DNA from: Cenococcum geophilum
Taxonomy: Eukaryota
Assembly (NCBI GenBank): GCA_050273025.1
Contig: CP158636.1
Location: forward strand, 2,728,001 to 2,792,000
Direction: 5' to 3'
Length of the DNA: 64,000 nt
Shown here piece after piece: positions 26,311 to 37,819 of this stretch. Position 1 is the first letter of the stretch. Every line of letters starts with the position of its first letter. Position numbers and translations under genes: made by a program. Under the pieces are notes generated by a model. The model did no database searches. It was not told the origin of the DNA and worked only from the letters and a program-made list of their open reading frames with translations.

Positions 26311-26620
26311 TCCCTTACAACGTCAGGGTCCTTAGTGCAAGTGGTCTGTGTGGAACACTGTTTTTAAACGTAGGGGCGTGTTCGTCTTCTAAGGACCCGT
26401 TTTAGCAGCAGTATATATAAAATACCGTTCTATAAGAAGGACCACTGCTAGAGGTCTTGTATTAAACGACTTAAGTCCAAATATTGAGCTTACATATTAG
26501 TTTTATATAGTATTTTATAAATATTACCGGCCTTGTATATCTGAGTACGGGCGCCGAATTTATCTAATCTAATTGGCTGGCCCTTATCGATAACCTGAGG
26601 ACCCATGTTGACGTTGCGCA
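26311..26620. mobile_element. MITE family copy (long form, degenerate)
   Basis: Starts TA|TCCCTTACAACGTCA. Shares GCAAGTGG, TATAAAATACCGTT..AACGACTTAA, AGTACGGGCG and TTATCGATAAC blocks with 53245-53517. Confidence 0.6.
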
Positions 26621-26826
26621 TTAAAGCGGAAATACTGTACATCTCTTCGCGTGTTAACTATTATTCTATTAGCTACTAGCAGTTATACAACTCCTAATAG
26701 CTACCCCTTAGAGACCTCCCAATTTATAAAGTTTACTGGAAGGATGCCTCGCCAGTAAATTCGTTGGACATGTGGATTGCCTCCTAGCGAACGGTAACAT
26801 TAAGCATCCCCAGGCACAACTTCCTA

Positions 26827-26978
26827 TCCCTTAACCCGCCGGCGTCCATCTAGTAGATGGTCCGTGCGGGAACACCAGAATCAAAAGTACGCGTGTGGTC
26901 ACGGACCCTTGATCCTATTGATCTGATTGGCTAAATCCTTATCGATAACAGATGGACGTAACTCGGCGGGTTAAGGGA
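26827..26978. mobile_element. MITE (Tc1/mariner-type), 152 bp
   Basis: TIRs TCCCTTAACCCGCC / GGCGGGTTAAGGGA, TA on the left flank, internal ATTGGCT..CTTATCGATAAC. Confidence 0.8.
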
Positions 26979-27299
26979 TCAGCTTAAGAGGTCAACATAT
27001 ATCGCCGCAATACTCCACCTGCTTGCATGAAGCTGAGCGGTTCGCTTAATCTGAAGGATGATCCTCTAGGACTCGTTGGTGTTTACGTGGACCCGCGTCA
27101 CCTAAGAGCCCGTCACTCTCCCGGTTCGCATGCTAGCGGCTTCTGCCCCAAGTGCTCGCAGAATTTTTATCCCACCCTTCGCCAAGGCGCTTTAGTCTTA
27201 ATACAGTTAGATCTTATAATACCCTCCACTTATCAGGCGCCTACCGCGGGCTAATAGGAGCACGTGGACGGGTCGGCACCCTCTCTACTAGTGTCGGTA

Positions 27300-27439
27300 T
27301 CCCTTAACCCGTCAAAATTGGTCGTACGGTTATCGATAAGAGCTAGCCAATTGGATCAATTAGATTAAGGCCCCGCGCCAAACAACGCGTAATGTTCGTG
27401 CACGGACCCCCCTTACTTCGATTCTGACGGGTTAAGGGA
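27300..27439. mobile_element. MITE (Tc1/mariner-type), 140 bp, opposite orientation
   Basis: TA|TCCCTTAACCCGTCA ... TGACGGGTTAAGGGA|TA, a perfect 15-bp TIR with TA target duplication. Confidence 0.85.
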
Positions 27440-27877
27440 TAAACGTTAAAGCGTAGAGTTCTAAAGGAACGGCGGCAAGCCCCTTAATATTTTTCCATAA
27501 TCGTGCACATGTTACCTAATAATATTGCTATTCTTTAAGACACGTAGTTTTTCAGTTAGGCTGCACTGGGCTACTGCATTACTTTATACGGGAAGAGACG
27601 AAGAAGGTTCTCCTCTATAATATTAACCGGTGTCGCACATAGATAGTATTGCTTGACATTATGAAAGTGATGACACCATTAGATAACTCTTTTGTCCCTG
27701 GTCTTTCAGCGACGAGTGTGTGACCCTTATAGAAAATGCTAGAATTGGAGCGGCGAATACAACGATTATATAGGCATATATTCCCCTTGACCCTCTATGA
27801 AATAGAGATATAAAGAAAATGATATGGTATATAAGGCTATTATAACGTTATTAATAATGTACCCACTCCCCTCTATG

Positions 27878-30800
27878 CTATATCGTCTTTAACCCTTGCT
27901 TAAATTGGAGAAATGAAATACCCCCCGATAAGTGTCCCAACACAATTATTCCGTTCCAGACAGCTACACAAGTCGCTCGATAGTTAAAAGGAAGCCAAAG
28001 AATATTTTCCCCCTCCTCCGCTATCCAATTATCTAATACAAATAGAGTAAGCAACTGCTCTGAAGAATCTAGCGATACTTTAGGAGACCTCGCATCTAAC
28101 ACTCCCCTATCCGTTTTAAGATATTCACCTGAAGAAGAGAATGATAGGTCTTGAATCACCGTACCAAGCTTAAGCATCTGCAGCGGCACTCTCGTAGCGG
28201 CGTCCCAGAGCCTGACCGTCCTGTCGCGCGAGCCTGACGCCATCAGCTTGCCGTCCGGCGAGAATGCCACTGACATGACCCAGTCAGAATGGCCCTCGAG
28301 CGTGCCTCGCGCCTTTCCCGTAGCGGTGTCCCAGAGCCTGACCGTCCTGTCGTACGAGCATGACGCCATCAGCTTGCCGTCCGGCGAGAATGCCACTGAC
28401 GTGACCCAATTGGAATGGCCCTCGAGCGTGCCTCGCGCCTTTCCCGTAGCGGCGTCCCAGAGCCTGATCGTGTTGTCGTGCGAGCCTGATGCCACCAGCT
28501 TGCCGTCCGGCGAGAATGCCACTGACGTGACCAAGTTAGAATGGCCTTCGAGCGTGCCCTGCGCCTTTCCCGTAGCGGCGTCCCAGAGCCTGACCGTGGG
28601 GTCGTACGAGCCTGACGCTGCCAGCTTGCCGTCCAGCGAGAATGCCACTGACATGACCAAGTCAGAATGGCCCTCGAGCGTGCCCCGCGCCTTTCCCGTA
28701 GCGGCGTCCCAGAGCCTGACCGTGCTGTCGTGCGAGCCTGACGCCACCAGCTTGCCGTCCGGCGAGAATACCACTAACGTGACCCAAGAAGAATGGCCCT
28801 CGAGCGTGCCTCGCGCCTTCCCCGTAGCGGCGTCCCAGAGCCTGACCGTGCTGTCGCGGGAGCCTGACGCCACCAGCTTGCCGTCCGGCGAGAATGCCAC
28901 TGACGTGACCGAGTCAGAATGGCCCTCGAGCGTGCCCCGCGCCTTTCCCGTAGGTTCCCAGAGCCTGACCGTCCTGTCGCGCGAGCCTGACGCCACTAGC
29001 TTGCCGTCCGGCGAGAATGCCACTGACGTGACCGAGTCAGAATGGCCCTCGAGCGTGCCTCGCGCCTTTCCCGTAGCGGCGTCCCAGAGCCTGACCGTGT
29101 TGTCGTCCGAGCCTGACGCCACTAGCTTGCGGTCCGGCGAGAATGCCACTGACATGACCCAACTAGAATGGCCCTCGAGCGTGCCCCGCGCCTTTCCCGT
29201 AGGTTCCCAGAGCCTGACCGTCCTGTCGCGCGAGCCTGACGCCACTAGCTTGCCGTCCGGCGAGAATGCCACTGACGTGACCGAGTCAGAATGGCCCTCG
29301 AGCGTGCCTCGCGCCTTTCCCGTAGCGGCGTCCCAGAGCCTGACCGTGTTGTCGTCCGAGCCTGACGCCACTAGCTTGCGGTCCGGCGAGAATGCCACTG
29401 ACATGACCCAACTAGAATGGCCCTCGAGCGTGCCCCGCGCCTTTCCCGTAGCGGCGTCCCAGAGCATGACCGCCCTGTCGTTCGAGCCTGACGCCAACAG
29501 CTTGCCGTCCGGCGAGAATGCCACTGACATGACCGAGTCAGAGTGGCCCTCGAGCGTGCCCCGCGCCTTTCCCGTAGGTTCCCAGAGCCTGACCGTCCTG
29601 TCGTGCGAGCCTGACGCCACTAGCTTGCCGTCCGGTGAGAATGTCACTGACGTGACCCCGTTAGAATGGCCCTCGAGCGTGCCCTGCACCTTTCCCGTAG
29701 CGGCGTTCCAGAGCCTGACCGTCCTGTCGCCCGAGCCTGACGCCAACAGCTTGCCGTCCGGCGAGAATGCCACTGACGTGACCCAACGAGAATGACCCTC
29801 GAGCGTGCCTCGCGCCTTCCCCGTAACGGCGTCCCAGAACCTGACCGTCCTGTCGTCCGAGCCTGACGCCACCAGCTTGCCGTCCGGGGAGAATGCCACT
29901 GACGTGACCCCGTCAGAATGGCCCTCGAGCGCGCCTCGCGCCTTTCCCGTAATGGCGTCCCAGAGCCTGACCTTGCTGTCGCGCGAGCCTGACGCCACCA
30001 GCTTGCCGTCCGGCGAGAATGCCACTGACGAGACCCAATTAGAATGGCCCTCGAGCGCTTGTAAACATGAGTCCCAGTCTTCCTGAACCCACGGACTAGG
30101 CTTGATCCAGACTGGGACCTGGTCCCAAAAGACTTTCTTGATAACGCTTGTCCTTGGGCTGAATATCATTGCCGAGCAGTATGCTTGGAGAGGTGCTGCT
30201 CCGATAATCGATGCGCTATTAAGGATAAAGCGTTTTGCATCATAAACCAAAGCTTGTAGATCCGAAAAATGCGTGGATTTACGTTTGCTTCGCGTGGTTA
30301 GGTTTTTCTGCGCATTTAACCATGGGGGAAGAGCAGATTTCGCTATGGATCTAAGCTTTAACGACGAAGCTGCTTTTCTTTTAGTATCAACCTGAGTAGA
30401 TTAGCCATTAATACTACGAAGTTCTATAGAAAGCGCTTACTGCGAGCATAGAATCTAGAATTTTCACCATAACAACCGCATCTGATATACACTCGATTAA
30501 TGCAAGAGCCTCAAGCCAATGGAGGAAATGCTCTTGTAGGAATGTCTGGATTTTGTCATAGTCGCAGGGATCAATACTGCTCCGTTGAAAATGATAGATC
30601 CAGAATCGACAGGCATACTGAACGTGTAGAGGAATGTGCTTATCCAGTTCAATTCTATCCACCTCAGTCGTAAGAGCTCCTGGGGATCGAAGATCGCATA
30701 TATTGCGTCGAAGGTGACTTGACATTGCTATTAGGCAACTTGTAAATAGGTGATGATGGGCTAATTTCTCATCGATCCAAAACTGAAGATGCGTGCATCT

Positions 30801-33118
30801 CCGGTTGTCAAGGAGAAAATCCCGAAACGAGGGATGGAGTAAACGTATTTTCACGTTTTGGTCTTCTGGGACATCCAACACGGAATACAAACGCGTCAAA
30901 GTCTGGTCTATTTCCTCCTTCGACGTTTGAAGAATCTTAGCGAGACTTAAAGCCGGTAATGTGTCGAAGAGAAGTATAATGGATCCAACAATCTGGACGA
31001 ACTTTTCGCGAAGCTTCTTAGTCTCCTGTTCACCATATTCTGCACATACTGAGTGGGTTAGGACAGTGGTGTAAGTCTCGTCGAGCTTCTTCTCCGGTGG
31101 CGGAGCGTGGTTATTATGCTGAAGAATGAGGGCTAGCCGCGAATCAGCCAAACGTGCATCCTCGCCAACGAAACGGCATGCCGTCGAAGCATAGATTGGT
31201 AACCCGCCAGCCTTCCGAACAAGATCTCTAATACCCTCCTCTCCAGGCCATTCCGGAGGCAGTTTACACTTTCGCCTAATCTTCTCAAGGTTGTTCTTGA
31301 AGATAATCAACATATCGTGCTCAATTTTGGCCGGTGATATTTGGTGGAGAATGAAATCCTGATGGGCACCTTGCGGCATGTCATCGAACCCGTAGCGAAT
31401 CGCTGTCTCCGGTCTGCTGGTAACGAAGATACGGAGTCGAACATTTTGCAAAGACCCGGCAGTGGCAAGGAGTTGAAGAACCAGCTGAATATCATCCTCA
31501 TTACCGCACTCATCCAAGGCGTCGATTACGAGAACTAGGGGCGAAGAAAGCGAACTGTCCTCCACCTTAGAAAGAGGTTCGAGAATCAGATGTTTCCACT
31601 GATAGTCAAGTCCAAGATCTCCAATATCAGTGTTCTTCATAACAGCCTCGTAGATGCAGCGCTTGAGGTCGGGAGACTTGCTTCCTAGTTGTGTGGCAAT
31701 TGTTGTGAAGAGTTTTTGTGAAGAACCAAGATCTCCGCCGCCTCTAGAGAAGAAGTAGCTTGCACCAAGTCGTCCACCCTCATAGTATTCGGTGGCGATA
31801 GTTCGGGCGATGGTGGATTTTCCCGTCCCGGCCATGCCGTTCAGCCAGAAGATGCACTTCTGGTGTCCAGCAACCCATTCTCTTATTTGTGTGAGGACAT
31901 CGGTTCGTGTATCCGGAAAGCACAAAGGCGTATGTCGTTTATTAGAGGAATTAAATGCTGCTTGAGAAGCGCATGGCAACAGACTAGCGGGGTAATCTGT
32001 GGCTAGATCTAAAATAGCAAAGTTAGTGTGGGCACCCGTCCCTGCTGGTAACGATTATGTTAAATTTAAACTAGACTGTATTGACGTAATGGGAAGTTCG
32101 TACGTGTGGATATTGTAAGTAGATAGTGTAAGCCAGGCTAACCTTTTTTGCCATCTATAGCATTTTTCGTAGCATCTGTCTTGACTACTGTAGATGCAGG
32201 TATAATTAATAAAATTTCCTTTGCATACGCAGCTGCCGTAATTGCTGCATAAGGCTGCCAATCCTTGTTCTTGTGTGAATCCGCATAGTCGCAGATGCCC
32301 CGGATCACCAGACAAGGAAAGTTATCCATCAACCCAGCCGCCTCCATCTCGAAGCACAAAACATTCAGCTCTCTTCGCAGTTTCTCCCGGATATCGCCAC
32401 ACTTTATCACTTGGTTCCCAGATGCAATCAGGCCGTGATGGACTCTAGGGTCATTTTCGCTTCGACTCGATCGCACGACTAACTTTTCAGTGTCGCAAGA
32501 CGCGCATGTACTTGTTTCGCCCTGGTGGTTATACTCCGCTTTGAACAAGCGGTCATGCTCCACGCCGGGGTAGATCCAAGTTAACGGATTGTCCATTAAG
32601 GCTTTTGATATGTGTTTTGACAGGTCAATCCCATTTGATAAACCCTTCGTTTTCAGGCTTAACGCCGCGTTGCGCAACACGCTTGGAGGCTTATTAAGCG
32701 ACCCGGTCCGCACAAACCGGCCTTCTTGTAATGTTTTCCCAAAGTCATACTGGATCACTCCACCCAACGTGTCGCTCGGCATACTGACTACGACGTCGCC
32801 CAGCCTGATATCAACCGCTGGGCTAGGTACGCCACCTCCAACACCGACCATCAAGCCGAACTTTATCAAGGTGAAGGTCGAGCACATCTGGGAAGCCACA
32901 GTCGCGGCGGAGGTGGTGCCAGTCTCAGGCAGACAGGTAAGGACAATGTTGTGCGACCCGATGCGGCCTAAGGTATAGATGTTGTGATCGTGCGAAGGTT
33001 GTGGGGGGTGATCTTGGTGGTGGTGGTCCAGCATGGCTATCGCTGCAGCCATCTCCAGGGGTAAGGCGCATATCCATCCGATGGTGTAGTCCTCGGCGCA
33101 GAGGCGGGTCGGTGCCAT
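27878..33118 (-). CDS. Fungal NLR: PNP_UDP effector - NACHT - WD40 (HET-E-like sensor), ~1685 aa, 3 exons
   Basis: PNP_UDP motifs (YTIGWICALPLE, FEMEAAG, IRGICDYADSHKNK), P-loop GMAGTGKST, Walker B LVIDALDEC, HPSFRDFL and 15 WD40 units. Introns 32009-32142 and 30392-30440 join the three ORFs in frame. Confidence 0.95.
28190..30058 (-). repeat. Array of 15 highly similar WD40-coding repeats (126 bp; three units of 123 bp)
   Basis: Unit TLEGHSxxVxSVAFSPDGKLxASGSxDxTVRLWDAATGKARG counted 15 times in the ORF translation. Confidence 0.95.
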
Positions 33119-33858
33119 CGCGAGTAATGGTAAGGTGAGGAACAGCTAGAAAGGGTTGGGATAACTACAGAACTAACGTGCTGACAGTGTCTTGGTATGC
33201 CTAGCCTTGTTGGATTCGAGCCTACATATCGATCAGATGAGTGCGTTTAAGGCTGAACTATTAGCTTTGCGATAAGCCTGTGGGAAGAGGTAAGCCTTGA
33301 CTTAGGTTAGGGGAAGGGCGCTAGTTCCTGTGTTCTGGTAGGCGCACTAGCAGGGAGGGTGCCGACCCACTCTGGCCTTACCCTTATTAAAATGGAGGGA
33401 GCCGAAGTAAGAAGTATATAAGGTTTCGGATGGAAGTTTTGGAGAGTGCTAACTGATCTGAGCGGGGTCAGGATCTGGAGTATTCTGGGATCTAACTATG
33501 TTGAGAATAAGGCGCCTTGGCAAAAGGTGGGATTAAAATTCTGGAAGTTGTACTGACTGCTCCATCAACTCCTGCGGTCTTAGATTCTCCTCGTAAAAGT
33601 CAGTGTGAGAGTGGCCGCCTCTGTCGCCACTTCAGGGCACTACTATCTAGGCTAGTCCGTATCAAATATATGTCATGAGAGCTACCCACCCATCACTATC
33701 CAATCCGGAGTGGCATGCTTGCATAATCCGCGCTACGCAATCATTGAGGATCACGGCTGTTTGCCATATGACTCCACGGCTTAGGCCTTGAGTTAGAGGT
33801 CCCAACCATCCCGTCCCCGTGTGACTCTGATGTCTCCAGTCTGTGATCTCAAATGGGG

Positions 33859-35479
33859 TCATCTCCGGAAACTCGTGTGAGGTGTGGGTAAAACGGCGGG
33901 ACTAGGAGGGAGGGAAAGGATAATATCTGGCTCTTCCTCTGGCACTCTTGGAAAAACAGGCTCCAAAGAAACCGGACCTTGCTTGCAGCATGGTCTTGGG
34001 GGAAATGTTTCTAGCAGCTGCCAAGCAGTTGGCCTTTCATTCGGATCCCGGTTGATCATGTCCAGCGTCGTTTTCCTGCACACAGTTGAAGATTGACATG
34101 TAACAGGAGATATAGAGGGCCCTTCCTCAAAATCCAATTCTTCAATCCATTTGACTACAAGAGATAGGTTGCTGTGGAAGCTCACGCCGTCGTCCGTTCG
34201 GCGATTTCAAAATCCTTGAACAGTTTGTCCTGCAATGCAGGTTAGGGTCTCTGCAAACACACATCCCGGGCTGAAGATGTCGGAGGCGCGTCCCCTTGGT
34301 TCCCCGTCTGCAACCTCTGGGCTACAACACATTTCCGTTCTGCCAGTGGCGCCGTCAGTCTGGCTCTGTTCGGGATCCCGGATTATTCCCGATATCCCGA
34401 AATCGGTCATGAAGAGATGAATGGAGGAGGAATTTCTCGATCCTATCAAGATCAGGATGTTGGCGGGCTTGATGTCCATGTGCTTGATTTGAGACAGGTG
34501 GATGAATGCGGTAGCAGCGCAGAGACAAGGGAAAAACTTTGCATGACTTCCCTCAACTGTTGGATGGGCATATCGATGGTCTCCGCGCTTCAAGGCATGT
34601 CTTTCATAAATTGACTCAAATCTACGTCTGCTACGGGGTACGTGAGAATCGACGGGAATATGTCCTGGTAGTAGCTTCCAACCAGTCTGACGATATGGCT
34701 ATGCTTTAGAACTTGTAAATGACAAACTTCTTCCAGGGCTTCGGCCGGTGTAAATCTCCTATGACATACTTGAGTCTTCCGGCAAACACGTATCCGGCCG
34801 CAAGTTACCGCTTGCACTTGCACTTTAGCGTTTATTACAATGTCGGTCGCATCGCTAAGTGGGACTGCTTCTTCTTTTCCAAATTCTACATGCATGCCCC
34901 TCCCAGACCAGTTCATTTCTTCTTCACATTCGCTGACCACTAAGCCGGCTGAACGTAGTTGAGCATGATATCGGGTATCGGCGGTGGCGCGGCCTCGCTT
35001 TACGCAACGGAGATTGCCTACCGAATCCTTTGAGAGGTAACTGGGAGCTGTGTGGACGGATCCTCCTTTATTCGAACCCTCCGCTGTCCTACGATCGTCA
35101 GAGACAGAGGCAGGGGCAGTGAAGAAAGAGGCTGTTATGCTTGATTCTTTACTTCTTCTGTGATTGTGTTAGACTTAAATAACGAAATTTATTAGGTGGA
35201 TTGTAGAAGATGTATAGCCATTGAGGAATTAGGGATTTCTGACTGTGGCCACGCTTGTGCGATGGATCGAACGTGTTCTTCTCTATCCGCTAGGTTGTGG
35301 TCACCGCCCGTGAACCCATACACTTTTGTGATATCCTCATCCTCATCATACTTATCGGTCTCCAATTCTTCTAAGAGTTTGTGACGCCGTGCTGCTAAAA
35401 CAATTCGACATATCAGGTAAGTTGTTGTCGCTATAAACAAAACTTTCCCAATGACGCCTCTAGCTATGGCTCCCCGCAT
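33859..35479 (-). pseudogene. Ser/Thr protein kinase pseudogene (fungal NWSGRGxHVEF type)
   Basis: Fragments NWSGRGMHVEF, HSHIVRLVGSY, HMDIKPANIL, DFG, GRASDIFSPGCVF and RPTAWQLL lie in different frames with a TGA at ~34590 and frameshifts. The Gly loop is degenerate. Joining 35192-35479 as an upstream exon is tentative. Confidence 0.75.
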
Positions 35480-35764
35480 TTGGGGAATCTTGCGTTTGGC
35501 TCATATTAACACGAATTGCTAGGGTTACTTGCACCTGGCTTCGATGTTAAGGGCGAGACATGGCTTTAGTAGTGGCCCACCGTGACTGAATGACGGGGAA
35601 ATGATTAGTAGGGTCGATTGAAAACCGATAAATTGTCTGTTATACCTCTACTAAGGTAGGCTAAGTTCTAGGGGCCATGCATTCGTCGTGCCGGTCAAAG
35701 CTGACGGTTAGGGGCTACATCACGTGTGTGTTTCGCCTTCGGCTTAGAGTTGAACCGTGCGCGA

Positions 35765-35868
35765 ACCCCAGAATCAAAGGTACGTGTGTGATCAGAGCCT
35801 TGATCCTATTGATTCTATTGGCTGGCTCTTATCGATAACCGTAGGACACATTTCACCGTTGGAAGGGA
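35765..35868. mobile_element. Partial MITE family copy
   Basis: CAGAATCAAAGGTACGTGTGTG..CCTTGATCCTATTGAT..ATTGGCT..TTATCGATAAC matches 26876-26950 and ends AAGGGA|TA. Confidence 0.65.
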
Positions 35869-36213
35869 TAGCCGAGCTTTAGGCTCCCTAACAGGATCCC
35901 TCCTCCATGCTCAGGAGCTGCATTGGTCCAGTTTATACCCCGTTCAGTGCTGCTCAGCCAAGTACTATAGAGGCTCTCGGACCACAAGATGAGGAAGGCA
36001 AGAAGCTAGAAGAAACTGGAACTAAAGTAGGTGCCATAGTCAGCACTCTGGAGAGACGGGTGCTTCAGAATACCACCTGGATACTTAATCTATAATGTTT
36101 AGAAGGGCATTGATTATCCCACTAGACATTATATCATGAATGATACTGTCGCTTTAGTCGGGTATCTTCATGCAGAGTCATAACAAACGCGAAAGGGAAC
36201 CCGTCTCTCCTGT

Positions 36214-37617
36214 TCAACCATCATCCCCTTCGTCCTCCATTTCCTCATCCTCGTCATCATCTGCTGCTTCCTCAGCCCCATTCATACCATCTTCTTCCCA
36301 AACATCATCATCCATATCATAATCTTCATCCTCATCTTGGTCTTCATCTTGGTCTTCATCTTCCCCTGCTTCTCCTTTCTCTTTCTTTTTCCTCTCTACA
36401 TTTTCCTTTTGTAACCTCCTCCTTTCTTCCTTCTCTTTTCTCCGCTTCTCCCACACCTCATCCATCTTCTTTACATCTTCCTTACTCTTACTCACAAACT
36501 CATGCCACATGACTTTACCACCACAGATATCCTCCTCCACCTTCGTTAGCCGAAGCTTCATCCTTGGTCCCAATTCCACAAGCCTCACCGCTCGCTTCTC
36601 CACATGTCCCCTTCTGCCTCGAGATGTGGATTTATGCCCATCTTCCCTCTCAGCGGCTCGCTGTTGTTCTCGTTTACTTAGGATCTTCCTTGCAGACGGC
36701 GCGAGCACCTCAACCTCAGCATCTGTCTCGACCTCAGATTCTGATGCTGAGGTATATCCTCCTGCGGCCGGATCTAATAGATAATCCGCGACATCCTCCA
36801 GTTTACCAAGATTGGGCAATCCGCTCTTCTTCTTTTCTTTGCTTGTAATCAATTTCTCAGCGGCATTCAACCGCCGGATGCTTTTCGGCAGCCCAGTGAC
36901 CTTAGTAGTGATAACGTAATGCCGTAAATTAATCGTATAAGTGCCATTAGACCCCTTAGCAGGCGGCTCCCGATTCAGCAGCAGCACACGCCGTATCGAA
37001 TTCAACGGCGTCGTCTGCGGCGAAATCGGCGGGAACAGGCCCTGGAAGAGCTCAGTCACGAGTTTCTCCAGATGCTTCGGCGGTGCTGCGGGATCTGCCG
37101 TGTCGGCCTCGGGGGTGATGAAGTTATTCATGACGAGCAGCGGTGCGGTCTGGAACTCATAGCCGCCGCTCTTCGGATGCTTCGTAGCCTTCATGATGTC
37201 CTTGCAGAGCGAGTACTTCTCGACGCGGAAGTGCAGGGTGGGCCCGCGCGGGGTGCGGGCTAGGCGCATGTTGGTATTTCCGGAGGACGAACGCGAGAAG
37301 AGGAGTAGGTGGGACACGCCGAGAGGGCCGGCCATCGTGGTGTAGTCGCGGAGCTTGTTGGCTCGTCGTTCCTGCGGTTATGTCTTACTAAAAGCACAAT
37401 AGATAGAGGTGCGAGTAGGGTTTTTGGGGAAACTTACCTTCAGCCTACTGGCGGTCCCAGGCTCCATGACATGCCGCATGTCCTTGACCAATTGACTGAC
37501 GCTTGCTCCGACTTCTCCAGCTCCTATGCGGATCACCATGCTTTTGGGCGAGCGGTCGAGCGGGGCGCCATTGCGGGCACCTACATGCGTGCGTTTCTTT
37601 ACTCGGCGGCGGGCCAT
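36214..37617 (-). CDS. SSF1: Brix-domain ribosome biogenesis protein Ssf1/PPAN, 2 exons
   Basis: SMVIRIGAG..MEPGTASRLK|ERRANKLRDY..GPLGVSHLL..GPTLHF..ELGPRMKLRLTKVEE. Intron 37372-37437. Confidence 0.95.
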
Positions 37618-37819
37618 GTTTGGAATTGTTGTCGCAAATGGGTTGTGGGTTGTAAAATGTGTGGAGTAGTTGAACTTGAGGCTTGAGATTTTTTGTGGTG
37701 TGGAAATCTTGGCGATCTAATCTTATCCATCTCCGCTAGTTTTCCCTCTCAGCCCTACAGATTTCCCACCTCCAAAAATTTCGACAAGATACCCACGGTG
37801 AGAGAAATTACGGCGCACC

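Noticed and set aside
26326..26365. GGTCCTTAGTGCAAGTGGT resembling a tRNA D-arm
   Set aside because: No T-arm or acceptor stem follows; the block lies inside a MITE copy.
28248..29795. 515-aa plus-strand repetitive ORF
   Set aside because: Antisense shadow of the WD40 array; one stop-free unit repeated keeps the frame open.
28190..30058. CRISPR-like or DGR-like repeat array
   Set aside because: Units are contiguous in-frame WD40 coding repeats with no spacers and no RT or template repeat nearby.
32009..33118. Amyloid signalling motif at the NLR N-terminus
   Set aside because: The N-terminus is a full PNP domain with no N/Q/G-rich motif, and there is no adjacent HeLo or gasdermin gene.
25750..36100. 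Starship element
   Set aside because: No DUF3435 tyrosine recombinase captain or boundary direct repeats are visible in the window.
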